The notes: generated by a model from the letters alone, not told the origin. 64,000 nt of DNA from Dehalococcoidia bacterium (GCA_965203835.1 OZ241919.1:59471-123470), one strand, 5' to 3'. Numbered from the stretch's first letter, positions 39,913 to 51,118 are shown. Made by a program: numbers and translations.

Positions 39913-40611
39913 TTACACCTCGCGGACGAAGGGGAAGCCGTACAACTCCAGCAGGCGGGTTGCCAAGGCATCCGTTTGAGCCGTGGTGGTGATGGTGATT
40001 TGCAGCCCACGGATCCGGTCAATCTGGTTGTAATCTATTTCAGGGAAGATGATCTGCTCCCGGATGCCGAGGGAGAAATTGCCCCGTCCATCGAAGCCAC
40101 GCCTGGGCATACCCCGGAAGTCGCGAATGCGCGGCAGGGACATATTTATCAGACGGTCCAGGAAATGGTACATCCTTGCGCCGCGAAGGGTTACGCAGGT
40201 GCCGATTGGGTTGCCTTCACGGATTTTGAATCCGGCGATGGCCTTTCGTGCCCTGGTGATAATGGGCTTCTGGCCCGTTATGGTCGCCAAGTCCCGCGTG
40301 GCGCTTTCCATGGCGCGGCCATTGGTGAGGGCTTCTCCCAACCCGATATTCACCACGATCTTCTGGACCCGCGGCACTTCCATCGGATTGGACAATCCGA
40401 ACTCCCGCATCATGGCGGGAACGATCTCGTTCCGGTAAAGCTCCAGCATTCGGGGAGGAGGCAATGCCTCGTCGGCTGCGGGAGCCTCTTCCACGGCAGC
40501 GGCGCGTCCTCGCTGTCTTCCGCCTCGACCGCCCTCCCCGTCCTGGTTCCTGCGGCGTCTGGGCTGCTCTTCTGTGGCTTGTTGGGCGCTCTCTTCTTGA
40601 TTATCTTGCAT
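39913..40611 (-). CDS. rplE: 50S ribosomal protein L5 with about 54-aa low-complexity N-terminal extension
   Basis: The core starts at [36 protein letters not shown]. The internal ATG 40449 is preceded by CCTCCTCCCCGA (no SD), so the long form from ATG 40611 looks real. Confidence 0.85.
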   Translation of the reverse strand: MQDNQEESAQQATEEQPRRRRNQDGEGGRGGRQRGRAAAVEEAPAADEALPPPRMLELYRNEIVPAMMREFGLSNPMEVPRVQKIVVNIGLGEALTNGRAMESATRDLATITGQKPIITRARKAIAGFKIREGNPIGTCVTLRGARMYHFLDRLINMSLPRIRDFRGMPRRGFDGRGNFSLGIREQIIFPEIDYNQIDRIRGLQITITTTAQTDALATRLLELYGFPFVREV

Positions 40612-40921
40612 TGTCGATCACTTCTTGACACTTGGGACAGCTTCTGACTCGTGCTCCGGTATCCAGAAAAACAATGTTGGGCCTGGTGGGCCGGTTGCAC
40701 TTGTTGCAAATCAACATGAGGTTGGACTCGTGGATGGGGGCTTCCTGCTGGATGCGTCCCGACTGCCGAATGCCGGGCCGGGGTTTGACATGCCGCGTAA
40801 TCAGGTTTACCCCTTCCACCACCACACGGTTTTCTTTGGTCAACTGGCGCTCAACCCGCCCGGTCTTACCCTTCTCCTTGCCAGCGATGACCAATACGTT
40901 GTCTCCACTTCGGATGCGCAT
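40601..40921 (-). CDS. rplX: 50S ribosomal protein L24 (Zn-ribbon form)
   Basis: [23 protein letters not shown]...[28 protein letters not shown]. The CxxC...CxxC pattern resembles Thermus-type L24. Confidence 0.9.
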   Translation of the reverse strand: MRIRSGDNVLVIAGKEKGKTGRVERQLTKENRVVVEGVNLITRHVKPRPGIRQSGRIQQEAPIHESNLMLICNKCNRPTRPNIVFLDTGARVRSCPKCQEVIDNAR

Positions 40922-41289
40922 TATACCACCTCGGAGGCTAGGGAAATGATCCGCATAAACCCGTGGTCCCGCAATTCCCTTGCCACCGGACCGAATATGC
41001 GGGTGCCGCGGGGCAGCCTGTTCTCCAGTATCAACACGGCCGCGTTGTCATCAAACCTGATGTAGGTGCCGTCGGGCCTCCGGTGACCTTGGGCTTGGCG
41101 AATTATCACCGCCCTTACTATGTCGCCTTTGCGTACCGGCGAATTGGGGGCGGCTTCCCGGACGTTGCATACCACCACGTCGCCCAAGCTGGCAAACTTC
41201 CGCTTGCCGCTTCCGGGAACGTTAATCAACCGGATGACCTTGGCTCCGCTGTTGTCGGCTACTGTCAACCGTGTATAAGTCTGGATCAT
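40921..41289 (-). CDS. rplN: 50S ribosomal protein L14
   Basis: [24 protein letters not shown]... Confidence 0.95.
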   Translation of the reverse strand: MIQTYTRLTVADNSGAKVIRLINVPGSGKRKFASLGDVVVCNVREAAPNSPVRKGDIVRAVIIRQAQGHRRPDGTYIRFDDNAAVLILENRLPRGTRIFGPVARELRDHGFMRIISLASEVV

Positions 41290-41681
41290 TCCTCGGTGTC
41301 CTGTTCCTCGGAAGCGGATTCGTCGTCTTCCTCTTCCTCTTGATTCAGATCGTCTAGCGCCTGGTCTTCGTCTTCTTCTACAAACACTTCAGCGTCTGCT
41401 TCAAGCTCGATTGGTTGCACTTCGGCCACTTGCCGGCGGTCCAGTATCTCCAGCAAACGCCAGTGTTTGGTCTTGGAGATCGGCCTGGTCTCTTCTATGC
41501 GGACCGTATCTCCCAGTTGGCACCGGTTGTCGGGGTCGTGGACCATGAACCTCGTCAACCGCCGCACCTGCTTGCGGTACAACCGGCTGCGCTGCTTCCA
41601 CACCATCTCCACGACCGCGGTGCGGTCCATTCCTACGCGCACCACCGATCCGGTGCGCACTTTCCTCATAGACCTTGCCAA
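41286..41681 (-). CDS. rpsQ: 30S ribosomal protein S17 with acidic C-terminal tail
   Basis: [23 protein letters not shown]...[17 protein letters not shown], then ...[30 protein letters not shown]. Confidence 0.9.
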   Translation of the reverse strand: MARSMRKVRTGSVVRVGMDRTAVVEMVWKQRSRLYRKQVRRLTRFMVHDPDNRCQLGDTVRIEETRPISKTKHWRLLEILDRRQVAEVQPIELEADAEVFVEEDEDQALDDLNQEEEEDDESASEEQDTEE

Positions 41682-41683
41682 GC

Positions 41684-41881
41684 TTAAGCCTCCGTCTGCT
41701 GCCGTTCGTTGGCGACGGTCTTCAACCGGGCTATGGTCCGTCGCACCGTCCTGGGCAAGTTGGTATTGGGTAGTTGGTTGGTGGCGACCCTAAACCGGAG
41801 GTCCATCAACTCCCGTTCGGTCTTTTCCAGCTCTTCCTGCAACTGCTGGTCCGTAAGAGCCCTGATCTCGTGCATCTGCAT
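41684..41881 (-). CDS. rpmC: 50S ribosomal protein L29
   Basis: IRALTDQQLQEELEKTERELMDLRFRVATNQL. Confidence 0.9.
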   Translation of the reverse strand: MQMHEIRALTDQQLQEELEKTERELMDLRFRVATNQLPNTNLPRTVRRTIARLKTVANERQQTEA

Positions 41882-41893
41882 CGTTCTGCGCCT

Positions 41894-42334
41894 CTATTCA
41901 GTCCGGCCCGTCAAAGCGGCAATGCGGTCCCGCTGCACCGTCTTGGTTGGAATAGGGAGCTTGTGAGCGGCCAGTTCCAAGGCCTCCATCGCGTCTTGAG
42001 GCGGCACTCCGGCTACCTCAAATAGGATTTTCCCAGGCTTGACTACGGCAGCCCAGTAGTCGTTGGCGGCTTTTCCCCCGCCCATGCGGGTCTCGGCGGC
42101 CTTCTTGCTGACCGGTTTATCGGGAAACACCCGCACCCATACCTGACCACCTCTCCTCAGCCGGCGGGTGACGGCGACGCGGGCAGCCTCTATCTGCCGA
42201 GCCGTAATCCAGTCGGCTGCCAGCGCCTTGAGCCCGAATTCCCCAAAATCAACACTGTTGCCGCTGGTGGCCATACCCTTGCGGCGGCCCCGGAAGGACT
42301 TCCTGTACTTGGTCCGCTTCGGCTGTAGCATCAA
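41894..42334 (-). CDS. rplP: 50S ribosomal protein L16
   Basis: [21 protein letters not shown]...[15 protein letters not shown]. Confidence 0.95.
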   Translation of the reverse strand: MMLQPKRTKYRKSFRGRRKGMATSGNSVDFGEFGLKALAADWITARQIEAARVAVTRRLRRGGQVWVRVFPDKPVSKKAAETRMGGGKAANDYWAAVVKPGKILFEVAGVPPQDAMEALELAAHKLPIPTKTVQRDRIAALTGRTE

Positions 42335-42340
42335 ATACTC

Positions 42341-43084
42341 CTAGCAGGGCTGAAGGTCTTCATCGAATACCATTTCTTCATCCGGACCATCGGCCTGTAC
42401 TGTTACTTCGATGGTGTCCAGTTCCTCCACCTCTTCCGGAGGTGGCGGTAGAATATCGCCGTGATAGACCCAGACCTTCACACCTACGCGCCCCATGGTA
42501 GTGTGGGCCTCCGCCAGTGCGTAATCAATGTCGGCCCGCAAGGTGTGCAACGGCACCCGGCCCATCATCAGTTTTTCGACTCTGGCGATCTCCGAGCCGG
42601 AGATACGCCCTTTGACGATGATCTTGATGCCTTCGGCCCCTCCCTGCATGGCCCGTTGGGCCGCTTGCCGCATCGCGCGCCGGTAGGCAACCCGGCGTTC
42701 CAGTTGGTCCGCGATGTTCCGTGCCACCAGGTAGGCGTTAATCTCCGGCTGCTCTATTTCCAGGATATTCAGTTGCACCCGGCGCTGGGTGATCCCTTCA
42801 AGCTTGGCGCGAAGGTTCTTCACACGCTCGCCGTCCCGTCCGATGACAATACCCGGGCGGGCGGAGTGAATGTTGATGACGCTGTCTTGCGCGCCCCGGT
42901 CGATTTCTACCCGTGCTATGCCGGCATCGGCAAAGCCTTGGTACTCGTCGCGGATGCTGTTTCTAAGCTGTATATCTTCCAGCACCAAACGACGGTAGCT
43001 GTCGGCACGGGGAGCGAACCAATGGGCCTTCCAGTCCTTTACGATGCTCAGCCTGAAGCCGTATGGGTGGGTCTTATGGCCCAT
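42341..43084 (-). CDS. rpsC: 30S ribosomal protein S3
   Basis: MGHKTHPYGFRLSIVKDWKAHWFA...GRISGSEIAR. Confidence 0.95.
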   Translation of the reverse strand: MGHKTHPYGFRLSIVKDWKAHWFAPRADSYRRLVLEDIQLRNSIRDEYQGFADAGIARVEIDRGAQDSVINIHSARPGIVIGRDGERVKNLRAKLEGITQRRVQLNILEIEQPEINAYLVARNIADQLERRVAYRRAMRQAAQRAMQGGAEGIKIIVKGRISGSEIARVEKLMMGRVPLHTLRADIDYALAEAHTTMGRVGVKVWVYHGDILPPPPEEVEELDTIEVTVQADGPDEEMVFDEDLQPC

Positions 43085-43086
43085 AA

Positions 43087-43434
43087 CTAAAACTCCTCAT
43101 CTGGTTCATCGACCACGACGGTGATGTGGCTGGACCGCTTGGTGATCCGGCCTATACGGCCCCTGGCTCTTGGCCGGAACCGCTTCAAGGGCCTTGCTTG
43201 GTCGGCCGTTATCTGGACGATCCGCAGAGCGTCACGGTCCATCAGCATGTTATTCTCGGCGTTGGCGGCTGCCGATTGGACCACCTTGTAGACCACCTTG
43301 GCCCACGGGGAAGTCAACAAGCTTAGGGTGTCCAGGGCGTCGTTCACCGGCTGGCCTCGGACTAGGTCCAGGATCGGCTTCAGGCGTTTTTGCGACGCTC
43401 CTATCTGTTTAGCCATTGCTCGGACGGGGGGCAA
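43087..43434 (-). CDS. rplV: 50S ribosomal protein L22
   Basis: QKRLKPILDLVRGQPVNDALDTLSL... TTG 43434 is preceded by GAGG at about 7 nt. Confidence 0.9.
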   Translation of the reverse strand: MPPVRAMAKQIGASQKRLKPILDLVRGQPVNDALDTLSLLTSPWAKVVYKVVQSAAANAENNMLMDRDALRIVQITADQARPLKRFRPRARGRIGRITKRSSHITVVVDEPDEEF

Positions 43435-43438
43435 TTGA

Positions 43439-43723
43439 TTACCTCACTCTACTCGACCGTTCTGACCGGGAAACGTGGCCTCTGTAAGTCCGTGTGGGAG
43501 AGAATTCGCCCAACCGGTGTCCCACCATGTTCTCCGTTATAAACACCGGCACATGGCGCCTTCCGTCGTGGACACCGATGGTCAAGCCCACCATTTCCGG
43601 CATTATCATTGACGCGCGCGACCAGGTCCTTATGACCGTCTTGGCCCCGGAACGCTGTACCGCCTCGACTTTCTTGGCAAGTTTCGCATCGACGTAGGGC
43701 CCCTTCTTTACTGAACGGGACAT
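43439..43723 (-). CDS. rpsS: 30S ribosomal protein S19
   Basis: [15 protein letters not shown]...[33 protein letters not shown]. Confidence 0.95.
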   Translation of the reverse strand: MSRSVKKGPYVDAKLAKKVEAVQRSGAKTVIRTWSRASMIMPEMVGLTIGVHDGRRHVPVFITENMVGHRLGEFSPTRTYRGHVSRSERSSRVR

Positions 43724-43724
43724 A

Positions 43725-44558
43725 TTACCGTCTCCTGCCCCTTCGCACTATTAGATCGCTGCTGGACTTCTGTGCCTTCCGCGTCTTGCGTCCCAGGGTC
43801 GGCAGACCCGTGGGCGACTTGGGACCGGGCATACCGATCGGCGAACGGCCCTCACCGCCGCCGTGAGGATGGTCCACCGGGTTCATTGCCACGCCCCTGA
43901 CGTGGGGGCGCCGCCCCAAGTGCCGCTTTGCTCCCGCCTTGCCCAAGCTCTCGTTCTTGTGGTCGGGATTGGAAAGCTGGCCGACGCTGGCCCGGCAGGA
44001 CAGCAACACCCGCCGCATCTCTCCCGACGGCAGCCTTATCAGTACGTACTCGTCTTCCCTGGAAAGCACTTGGGCGCCGGTCCCCGCGCTGCGGGCCAGT
44101 TGGCCCCCGCGCTGGGGAGTCAATTCCAGGTTGTGCACCACGGTCCCTGTGGGGATCGACCTCAGAGGCAGGCAGTTTCCTGGGTGAATCTCCGCTTGCG
44201 GTCCCGACTCAACCCAGTCGCCGACCGACAAGCCCAAGGGCGCCAGGATGTAGCTCTTCTCACCGTCGGCGTAGTATATCAGGGCGATGCGGGTGGAGCG
44301 GTTGGGATCGTATTCTATCGCGGCAACCCGCCCCGGCACGTTATCCTTCATTCGCTTGAAATCGATTTTCCGGTACATCTTGCGGCTCCCGCCGCCTCGT
44401 GACCGGGTGGTTATCCGCCCCCGGTTGTTGCGCCCCGCGTGGTTGGGCAAAGGCTCCAGCAACGATTTCTCAGGTTTGGTCTTGGTTATCTCTTCAAAAG
44501 ACGGCCGCACCGCGTTCCTGGTGCCCGGCGTGACCGGCTTCAAGTTTTTCAACGGCAT
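43725..44558 (-). CDS. rplB: 50S ribosomal protein L2
   Basis: [15 protein letters not shown]...[20 protein letters not shown]. Confidence 0.95.
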   Translation of the reverse strand: MPLKNLKPVTPGTRNAVRPSFEEITKTKPEKSLLEPLPNHAGRNNRGRITTRSRGGGSRKMYRKIDFKRMKDNVPGRVAAIEYDPNRSTRIALIYYADGEKSYILAPLGLSVGDWVESGPQAEIHPGNCLPLRSIPTGTVVHNLELTPQRGGQLARSAGTGAQVLSREDEYVLIRLPSGEMRRVLLSCRASVGQLSNPDHKNESLGKAGAKRHLGRRPHVRGVAMNPVDHPHGGGEGRSPIGMPGPKSPTGLPTLGRKTRKAQKSSSDLIVRRGRRR

Positions 44559-44575
44559 AACGTGTACCCCGGGGC

Positions 44576-44860
44576 CTACAGCCCTTCAATCAGGTTAATC
44601 CGGTCACCTGTCTTCAGGGTGACCACGGCCTTTTTCATATCCGGCAACTTCTTTACGCGGGGGCCGTACCGCTTTCGTTTGCCGTGTAGCTTTGTAATGT
44701 TGACGTTGACAACCGTCACGCCAAAACTTTGCTCAACGGCCTGTTTTACTTCCACTTTGTTCGCCTTGGGAGCCACGTGGAAGGTGTACTTGCCCGACTC
44801 CTGGAGGATGGTGCTTTTCTCCGTGATCGTCGGCTTCACCAGGACTTGGTGGATGTTCAT
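44576..44860 (-). CDS. rplW: 50S ribosomal protein L23
   Basis: [38 protein letters not shown]. Confidence 0.9.
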   Translation of the reverse strand: MNIHQVLVKPTITEKSTILQESGKYTFHVAPKANKVEVKQAVEQSFGVTVVNVNITKLHGKRKRYGPRVKKLPDMKKAVVTLKTGDRINLIEGL

Positions 44861-45568
44861 CTACTCCTCTCCTCCATCGTCCTCGTTGCTGCCGGCGCCA
44901 TCCGGTTCATCTTCTTGAAGACTGCCTCGGCCCCGTCGCTGGCGCTCGGCGGCCAACTCCTGTTCCGCCCAGCGAGCCGCATCCAGGGTAATGATGACCG
45001 TTTCCCGCCGAAGCAGTTCGTCGGCGTTGAGTTGGTTGACCGGCAAAGTCCACACCTTCTTCAGGTTGCTGGCGGCCCGTACCACACCCTCCGCGCCATC
45101 CCTGGTCACCACCAGCGCCGACCCGCGGACCCCGAGGTTGGCAAGCAGGCTGACCATGGACTTGGTCTTGCCGTCGACGCCGTCCATGCCGTCGACGCAG
45201 ACCAATCGCTGTTGTCGGGCTTTCTCGGACAGGACGCATTTCAACGCCAATCGCCGCATTCGACGTGGCAGCGCTTTGCGATAGCTTCTGGGATGCGGGC
45301 CGAAAACCACGCCGCCGTGCCGCCACTGGGGTGAGCGGATGCTGCCCTGCCTGGCTCGCCCTGTATGCTTTTGAATCCACGGCTTGCGGCCGCCTCCCGA
45401 CACCTGGGCCCGCGTCTTGGTGTCGTGGGTGCCCTGTCGCTTGTTCGACTGGTATATGACCAGCGCCTGGTGTACCAGCGAGTGGTTCATCGGCACGGAG
45501 AATACAGCGTCGTCCAGGTTGACGGTATCCACCGTATCGCCGTTGATGTTCTTTACCTCTAGTTCCAT
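44861..45568 (-). CDS. rplD: 50S ribosomal protein L4 with acidic C-terminal tail
   Basis: MELEVKNINGDTVDTV...SGGGRKPWIQKHTGRARQGSIRSPQWRHGG. Start set at ATG 45568, because the track's extra MDSRLRGKDGKGNG is the translated REP-like hairpin. Confidence 0.9.
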   Translation of the reverse strand: MELEVKNINGDTVDTVNLDDAVFSVPMNHSLVHQALVIYQSNKRQGTHDTKTRAQVSGGGRKPWIQKHTGRARQGSIRSPQWRHGGVVFGPHPRSYRKALPRRMRRLALKCVLSEKARQQRLVCVDGMDGVDGKTKSMVSLLANLGVRGSALVVTRDGAEGVVRAASNLKKVWTLPVNQLNADELLRRETVIITLDAARWAEQELAAERQRRGRGSLQEDEPDGAGSNEDDGGEE

Positions 45569-45584
45569 TCCGTTCCCCTTCCCG

Positions 45585-45610
45585 TCTTTCCCGCGAAGGC
45601 GGGAATCCAC
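45585..45610 (+). repeat. REP-like hairpin element (copy A)
   Basis: GTCTTTCCCGC-GAAG-GCGGGAATCCA, 7-bp stem and 4-nt loop, in the rplC-rplD gap. Confidence 0.8.
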
Positions 45611-45644
45611 TGGGACAGGCCTTGCGTGTTCCCGGTTGAGCGCT

Positions 45645-46274
45645 TTACGCTGCCACGGACTTCCCGGTGCGCCTTATTTGCAGCAGCCCCATAGGCCCCC
45701 CGGGTACACCACCCTTCAACATCAATAAGTTTCTCTCTTCGTCAACCCTGATTACCTTGAGCCCCTTGGCGGTAATCCTGCGGTTGCCCATGTGGCCGGC
45801 CATCTTCATTCCCTTGAACACTTTGCCCGGCGTGGTGCCGCCGCCGATGGAGCCCGGGGCGCGGGAACGGTCCGATTGACCGTGGGTGCGGGGACCTCCG
45901 CCGAATCCATACCTCTTCATCGTGCCTGCAAAGCCGCGGCCTTTGGAACGGCCAATCACGTCTACAATGTCGCCGGGTTGGAACATGCCCACCGAAATGC
46001 TCTGTCCCACCTGGAACTCGTTAACGTCGTCGGCTTTCACTTCCCGCAGGTAGCGGCAGGCCTGCATGTCTTTCATGTGGCCGCGCATGGGCTTGTTGGG
46101 GCGTTTCAGGGCACCGAAACCCAGTTGGACCGCTTCGTAGCCGTCGCGCTCCACGGTTTTGATCTGGGTAACGAAACAGGGGCCGGCTTCGATGACCGTA
46201 ACCGGCGCCATGGTGCCATCTTCAAGGAAGACCTGGCTCATGCCAATTTTTCTGCCAAGGAATGATTGCAGCAT
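45645..46274 (-). CDS. rplC: 50S ribosomal protein L3
   Basis: LGRKIGMSQVF...GRSKGRGFAGTMKRYGFGGGPRTHGQS. Confidence 0.95.
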   Translation of the reverse strand: MLQSFLGRKIGMSQVFLEDGTMAPVTVIEAGPCFVTQIKTVERDGYEAVQLGFGALKRPNKPMRGHMKDMQACRYLREVKADDVNEFQVGQSISVGMFQPGDIVDVIGRSKGRGFAGTMKRYGFGGGPRTHGQSDRSRAPGSIGGGTTPGKVFKGMKMAGHMGNRRITAKGLKVIRVDEERNLLMLKGGVPGGPMGLLQIRRTGKSVAA

Positions 46275-46321
46275 TGTCGTAACCGTCTGGACTAAGACTT
46301 GCCCGATTGAATTTTAACCCG

Positions 46322-46633
46322 CTAGAGCTTGATCGAAATATCCACGCCTGCCGGCAGATTGAGCCGGGTCAGCGAGTCTATCGTCTTGGATGTTGGTTCG
46401 AGAATATCAATCAGGCGCTTGTGGGTGCGAATCTCGAAATGCTCCCGCGAGTCCTTGTCAACGTGCGGGCTTCGAATCACGCAGAACCGTCTGATGTGGG
46501 TGGGCAACGGCACCGGACCGGCCACCCGCGCCCCTGTCCGCTCCGCGGTTTCCACTATCTGGCCCGCGGACAGATCAAGCATTTTATGGTCGAAGGCCTT
46601 GAGCGTTATCCTTACTTTTTGCCTGGTTACCAT
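46322..46633 (-). CDS. rpsJ: 30S ribosomal protein S10
   Basis: [41 protein letters not shown]. Confidence 0.95.
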   Translation of the reverse strand: MVTRQKVRITLKAFDHKMLDLSAGQIVETAERTGARVAGPVPLPTHIRRFCVIRSPHVDKDSREHFEIRTHKRLIDILEPTSKTIDSLTRLNLPAGVDISIKL

Positions 46634-46660
46634 AATCCTCTTTCGCTATCTGAGCATGGG

Positions 46661-48754
46661 TTACACCCTGCGCAGCAGGGTATTCAACACGTTGTCTGAA
46701 ACCGGCTCGTAGTGGCGGAACTCCATCGTAAAGACCGCCCTGCCGCGAGTGATGGAGCGCAGGGCGGTGGTATACGAGAACGTTTCTCCCAAGGGAAGCA
46801 ACGCCCTCACCACTTGCGTATCATCCTGCCCTTCTATGTTTCGAATCTGGGCCCGGCGTGTCCCCAAGTCACCCAGCACCTCGCTGAGATGCTCCCCAGG
46901 CGTGACCACTTCCATGTCGACTATCGGCTCCAGCAACACCGGCCTGCCCTTGGGGACTCCCTCGCGTATGGCCAGCATACCGGCGCTCCGGAAGGCCATT
47001 TCCGAGGAGTCCACCGGATGGTAGCTACCGTCGGTCAGGGCCACTTTCACGTCCACCAAAGGGAAACCTGCCAGTGGGCCGTTGTCCAGCGCCTGCCGCA
47101 CGCCCCGCTCCACAGCCGGGATGTACTCCCTGGGAATGGCCCCCCCGACCACCGCGTTTTCAAACACGATGCCCGCTCCCCGCTCCAACGGCTCGAGTTG
47201 CAGCCAGACATGGCCGAACTGGCCGTGACCGCCGGTCTGGCGTACGAAACGCCCCTCGATTTCCACCGGTTGGGTGATAGTCTCGCGGTAAGACACCCTG
47301 GGTTGACCCACGTGGGCCTCAACGGCGAACTCCCGCTTCATCCGGTCCACCAGGACCTCCAAGTGAAGCTCCCCCATGCCTGACATGACCGTCTGGCCGG
47401 TCTCTTCGTTGAAGGTAACCTCGAAGGTCGGGTCCTCGTCCGCCAGCTTGCGCAATGCTTGTGCCAAGCGGTCCTGGTCGGCCCGCGTCATGGGTTCAAT
47501 CGCGACCGATACCACCGGCAGGGGGAATTGGGGAGGCTCCAGTATCACAGGGTCCGACATCACGCTGATGGTGTCGCCGGTGAATGTGTCCTTCAATCCA
47601 ACCGCCGCGCAAATGTTGCCTGCGCCAACAGTCTCCAATTCCTCGCGGTGGTTGGCGTGCATCTGCAACAGGCGGCCCATGCGTTCCCGCTGTCCCTTGG
47701 ACACGTTGAACACCGTCTGCCCAGTGTGGGCTTGGCCGGAGTAAACGCGAAGGAACACCAAACGTCCAACATAGGGGTCGGTTGCAACTTTGAATGCCAG
47801 GGCGGCAAGAGGTTCGTCTTCGTCAGGGCTGCGGAATTCTACTGCATCGGTGTCCGGGTGCAATCCTTCCACCGGAGGAACATCTGCGGGAGATGGCAGG
47901 TAATCGGTGACGGCGTCCATCAAAGGGTGTATTCCCTTGTTGGAGATGGCGCTGCCGCACAGCACCGGGACTAGCTGCCGGGCCAGGGTTGCCTTGCGAA
48001 GCGCTTTGCGCAGATCGTCCTCCGACAGGACATCGCCTTCCAAGTACCTTATCAGGAGAGCTTCATCGGTCTCTACGATCTTCTCCACCATCTCCTGCCG
48101 GTAACTTTCGAAGTCCTCCTCGCACTCGGAAGGGATAGGGACTAACTCCGGAGGGTCAGAATCGTTGCGCCGGGCGCCGTTGCTATGACCATTGGGATAT
48201 ACCATCGCCTGCCCGGTAATAAGGTCGACCATGCCCCGGAACTGGTCTTCTTCGCCAATGGGCAACTGCACTGCTACCGGGTTAGCCCGCAAACGCCTGC
48301 GGACCGATTCGATAGTCCTTTCGTAGTTGGACCCCACACGGTCCATCTTGTTCACAAAACAGATGCGGGGGACCTTGTAAGTATCTGCTTGGCGCCACAC
48401 CGTCTCGGACTGGGACTGTACGCCGGCCACGGCGTCCAGGACTACGATCCCCCCGTCCAATACCCGCAGGCTGCGTTCTACTTCGGCGGTAAAGTCTACG
48501 TGGCCCGGCGTGTCGATGATGTTGACCCGGTAATCGCGCCAGTACGCGGTGGTGGCGGCGGCGGTGATGGTGATGCCCCGTTCCCGTTCCTGGGGCATCC
48601 AGTCCATGGCGGTGGTCCCTTCGTCAACCTCACCAACCCGGTGTATCCGTCCCGTGATAAAAAGGGCCCTCTCTGTAACTGTGGTCTTACCCGCGTCAAT
48701 GTGAGCGATAAAGCCGATGTTACGGATTTTCTCGATTGGAAAGCTATTCTCCAT
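46661..48754 (-). CDS. fusA: elongation factor G
   Basis: 697 aa. [22 protein letters not shown]...[21 protein letters not shown]...NKMDRVG. Confidence 0.95.
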   Translation of the reverse strand: MENSFPIEKIRNIGFIAHIDAGKTTVTERALFITGRIHRVGEVDEGTTAMDWMPQERERGITITAAATTAYWRDYRVNIIDTPGHVDFTAEVERSLRVLDGGIVVLDAVAGVQSQSETVWRQADTYKVPRICFVNKMDRVGSNYERTIESVRRRLRANPVAVQLPIGEEDQFRGMVDLITGQAMVYPNGHSNGARRNDSDPPELVPIPSECEEDFESYRQEMVEKIVETDEALLIRYLEGDVLSEDDLRKALRKATLARQLVPVLCGSAISNKGIHPLMDAVTDYLPSPADVPPVEGLHPDTDAVEFRSPDEDEPLAALAFKVATDPYVGRLVFLRVYSGQAHTGQTVFNVSKGQRERMGRLLQMHANHREELETVGAGNICAAVGLKDTFTGDTISVMSDPVILEPPQFPLPVVSVAIEPMTRADQDRLAQALRKLADEDPTFEVTFNEETGQTVMSGMGELHLEVLVDRMKREFAVEAHVGQPRVSYRETITQPVEIEGRFVRQTGGHGQFGHVWLQLEPLERGAGIVFENAVVGGAIPREYIPAVERGVRQALDNGPLAGFPLVDVKVALTDGSYHPVDSSEMAFRSAGMLAIREGVPKGRPVLLEPIVDMEVVTPGEHLSEVLGDLGTRRAQIRNIEGQDDTQVVRALLPLGETFSYTTALRSITRGRAVFTMEFRHYEPVSDNVLNTLLRRV

Positions 48755-48790
48755 GATAGTGTGTCACCGCGGGCAGACCAGGGGAGAAGT

Positions 48791-49261
48791 CTACCGTCGA
48801 TAATGGACGAAGGCTCGATTCGCCTCCGCCATACGGTGCAACTCCTCCTTGCGGCGGACGGCGGAACCTTCGCCTCTTGCCGCTTCCATAAGCTCCTGCG
48901 CCAGTCCCTGGCGCATCGGTATCCCTTTTCTGGACCTGGCCCCGCGAATCAGCCAGCGAATCGCCAAGGCCTCGCTCCTGCTGGACCGGAGTTCCGTGGG
49001 TACTTGGTATGTCGCGCCGCCTACCCTCTTGGGCCTGACTTCCACGATGGGAGTAGCGTTCCTCATTGCTTGTTGGAACACCTCCAACGGCTCCCGGTTG
49101 GACTGGTCCTTGATAATATCGAAGGCGTTATACAGAATCCGTTGGGCCGTCGTCTTCTTCCCTTTCTGCATGACGTTGTTGATGAACTTCGCCAGCTCGA
49201 GGTTGTTGTAAACGGGGTCCGGCGGTATGATCCGGCGCTCTGCTCGCCTTCTCCTCGACAT
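48791..49261 (-). CDS. rpsG: 30S ribosomal protein S7
   Basis: MSRRRRAERRIIPPDPVYNN...VEVRPKRVGGATYQVP. ATG 49261. Confidence 0.95.
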   Translation of the reverse strand: MSRRRRAERRIIPPDPVYNNLELAKFINNVMQKGKKTTAQRILYNAFDIIKDQSNREPLEVFQQAMRNATPIVEVRPKRVGGATYQVPTELRSSRSEALAIRWLIRGARSRKGIPMRQGLAQELMEAARGEGSAVRRKEELHRMAEANRAFVHYRR

Positions 49262-49336
49262 AGGTTGCCTCACCTTCCATTAGGTTTCGCAAAAATAAAA
49301 GCCGGTCTTGGACCAAGCTCGTGGACTACGACAGGC

Positions 49337-49756
<420 letters not shown>

Positions 49757-49794
49757 AACAAAATCCCCGCTCGTTTTCGTAACAGCGGCTTGCT

Positions 49795-49823
49795 ACTCTA
49801 CCAACCTCGGATGCGGATGTCAA
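49795..49823 (-). promoter_or_regulatory. putative sigma70-type promoter of the rpsL-led ribosomal array
   Basis: Reverse strand reads TTGACA (49823-49818), a 17-nt spacer, then TAGAGT (49800-49795), about 40 nt upstream of the rpsL ATG. Confidence 0.55.
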
Positions 49824-49948
49824 TACAAAAATCCGTCTTGACGCGCCAGAGTCAAACAATGACGCCATCTCGCCTTTATAATGGATGGCTAGTAACTGTC
49901 AGGGTCTGCTGTTAACGAGATCAATGCACTATAGAGGGCTATCGTCCT

Positions 49949-51118
49949 ATGATCCCTGCTTCGATGATCGAGTCCATTCACATTCGCGGCTTCCGGTCTT
50001 TGGCGGATGTAGAACTTTCCAACCTTCCCCAAGCAGCGGTATTGATTGGAGCCAACGGGTCCGGCAAGTCCAACTTCATCAGGTTTTTCGATATGTTGAG
50101 TTGGATGCTGCGCTCCCGTCAACTCGGGGAGTTTGTCACCAGGCATGGGGGCGCGGACGACCAACTCTTTGGAGGTAATGTCCGCACACCTCGCATGGAA
50201 GCCGAGATCAGGATGAGAACGGAACGCGGGCAGAATGACTATCGCTTCGCACTGTCCTATGCCCATCCTGACCGCTTCTTCTTCACAGAAGAAGCCTTCC
50301 GTTTTAGCAGTTCAGACCTTCCAACGGAGGCTCAATGGCAATACCTCGAGAGCGGCCATCGTGAAGCAAGGATAGTGGAAGTCGCGCAGTCCCGACCAAA
50401 CCCTTTTGTCGATCTCCGTTATTTGGTCAATCCCATTCCTCCCGTCAATCCTGCCACGGCCTCGGTCATCGTAAACCTATTGCGTAACTGCTCTGTCTAT
50501 CAATTCCATGACACATCCGACAGTTCCAGCTTTAAAGGCAGTTGGGACATGACCGAAAATCACCAACTCCGAAGTCATGGCGGAAATTTGGCGGCCGTGC
50601 TGTACCGCTTGGAGCAACGAGATGTCCGAAGATACGAACTGATCTGTAAACAGATCGCGCGTATACTGCCCGGGTTTGACCGTTTCGCGATCGAACCTGA
50701 CTATGGCAAAGTCTTATTGAGGTGGAAAGCCAAGTGGACAGACAAAACCTTCGGCGCGCATATCACCTCCGACGGCTCACTACGGTTCTTTGCGCTGGTG
50801 ACGCTGCTTAATCTTCCACCCGAAATGCTCCCAGACGTAATTCTGCTGGACGAGCCGGAACTCGGTCTGCATCCCGCAGCCGTCGCTTTAGTCGGCGGAA
50901 TGATAAAGTCCATGTCTGCGGAGCGGCAGATTATCGTGGCAACTCAATCGCCTCTCCTGGTGGATGCGTTTGACCTTGACGATATTTTCGTGCTGGACCT
51001 TGAGGATGGAAAAACAAAATGCCGCAAGCTCAACGCGGACGATTACAGGGTGTGGCTTGAAGACGGCTACCCTACCGGGCAGCTATGGTGTAAGAACCTG
51101 TTCGGAGGCCGCCCTTGA
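49949..51118 (+). CDS. ABC/SMC-like AAA ATPase (AAA_15/AAA_21 type)
   Basis: 389 aa. Walker A GANGSGKSN (residues 34-42), signature-like SDGSLRFFAL, Walker B VILLDEPELGLHP, then IVATQSP. AT-richer region. Confidence 0.75.
   Translation: MIPASMIESIHIRGFRSLADVELSNLPQAAVLIGANGSGKSNFIRFFDMLSWMLRSRQLGEFVTRHGGADDQLFGGNVRTPRMEAEIRMRTERGQNDYRFALSYAHPDRFFFTEEAFRFSSSDLPTEAQWQYLESGHREARIVEVAQSRPNPFVDLRYLVNPIPPVNPATASVIVNLLRNCSVYQFHDTSDSSSFKGSWDMTENHQLRSHGGNLAAVLYRLEQRDVRRYELICKQIARILPGFDRFAIEPDYGKVLLRWKAKWTDKTFGAHITSDGSLRFFALVTLLNLPPEMLPDVILLDEPELGLHPAAVALVGGMIKSMSAERQIIVATQSPLLVDAFDLDDIFVLDLEDGKTKCRKLNADDYRVWLEDGYPTGQLWCKNLFGGRP

Noticed and set aside
45569-45610. N-terminal extension MDSRLRGKDGKGNG on rplD, and the SFPRRRES-type peptides in track ORFs at 45384, 52473 and 58213, considered as possible conserved small peptides.
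   Set aside because: These are translations of the palindromic REP-like hairpin in one orientation or the other. The element occurs in both orientations and in non-coding gaps, so the conservation is at the DNA/RNA structure level.
46634-46660. A degraded or missed tuf gene between fusA and rpsJ.
   Set aside because: The gap is only 27 nt, so there is no room for a gene or remnant.
49838-49882. A plus-strand promoter for the ATPase gene, from TTGACG (49838) and TATAAT (49877).
   Set aside because: The two hexamers are 33 nt apart, and no acceptable -35 lies 16-18 nt upstream of the TATAAT. I left it unannotated.
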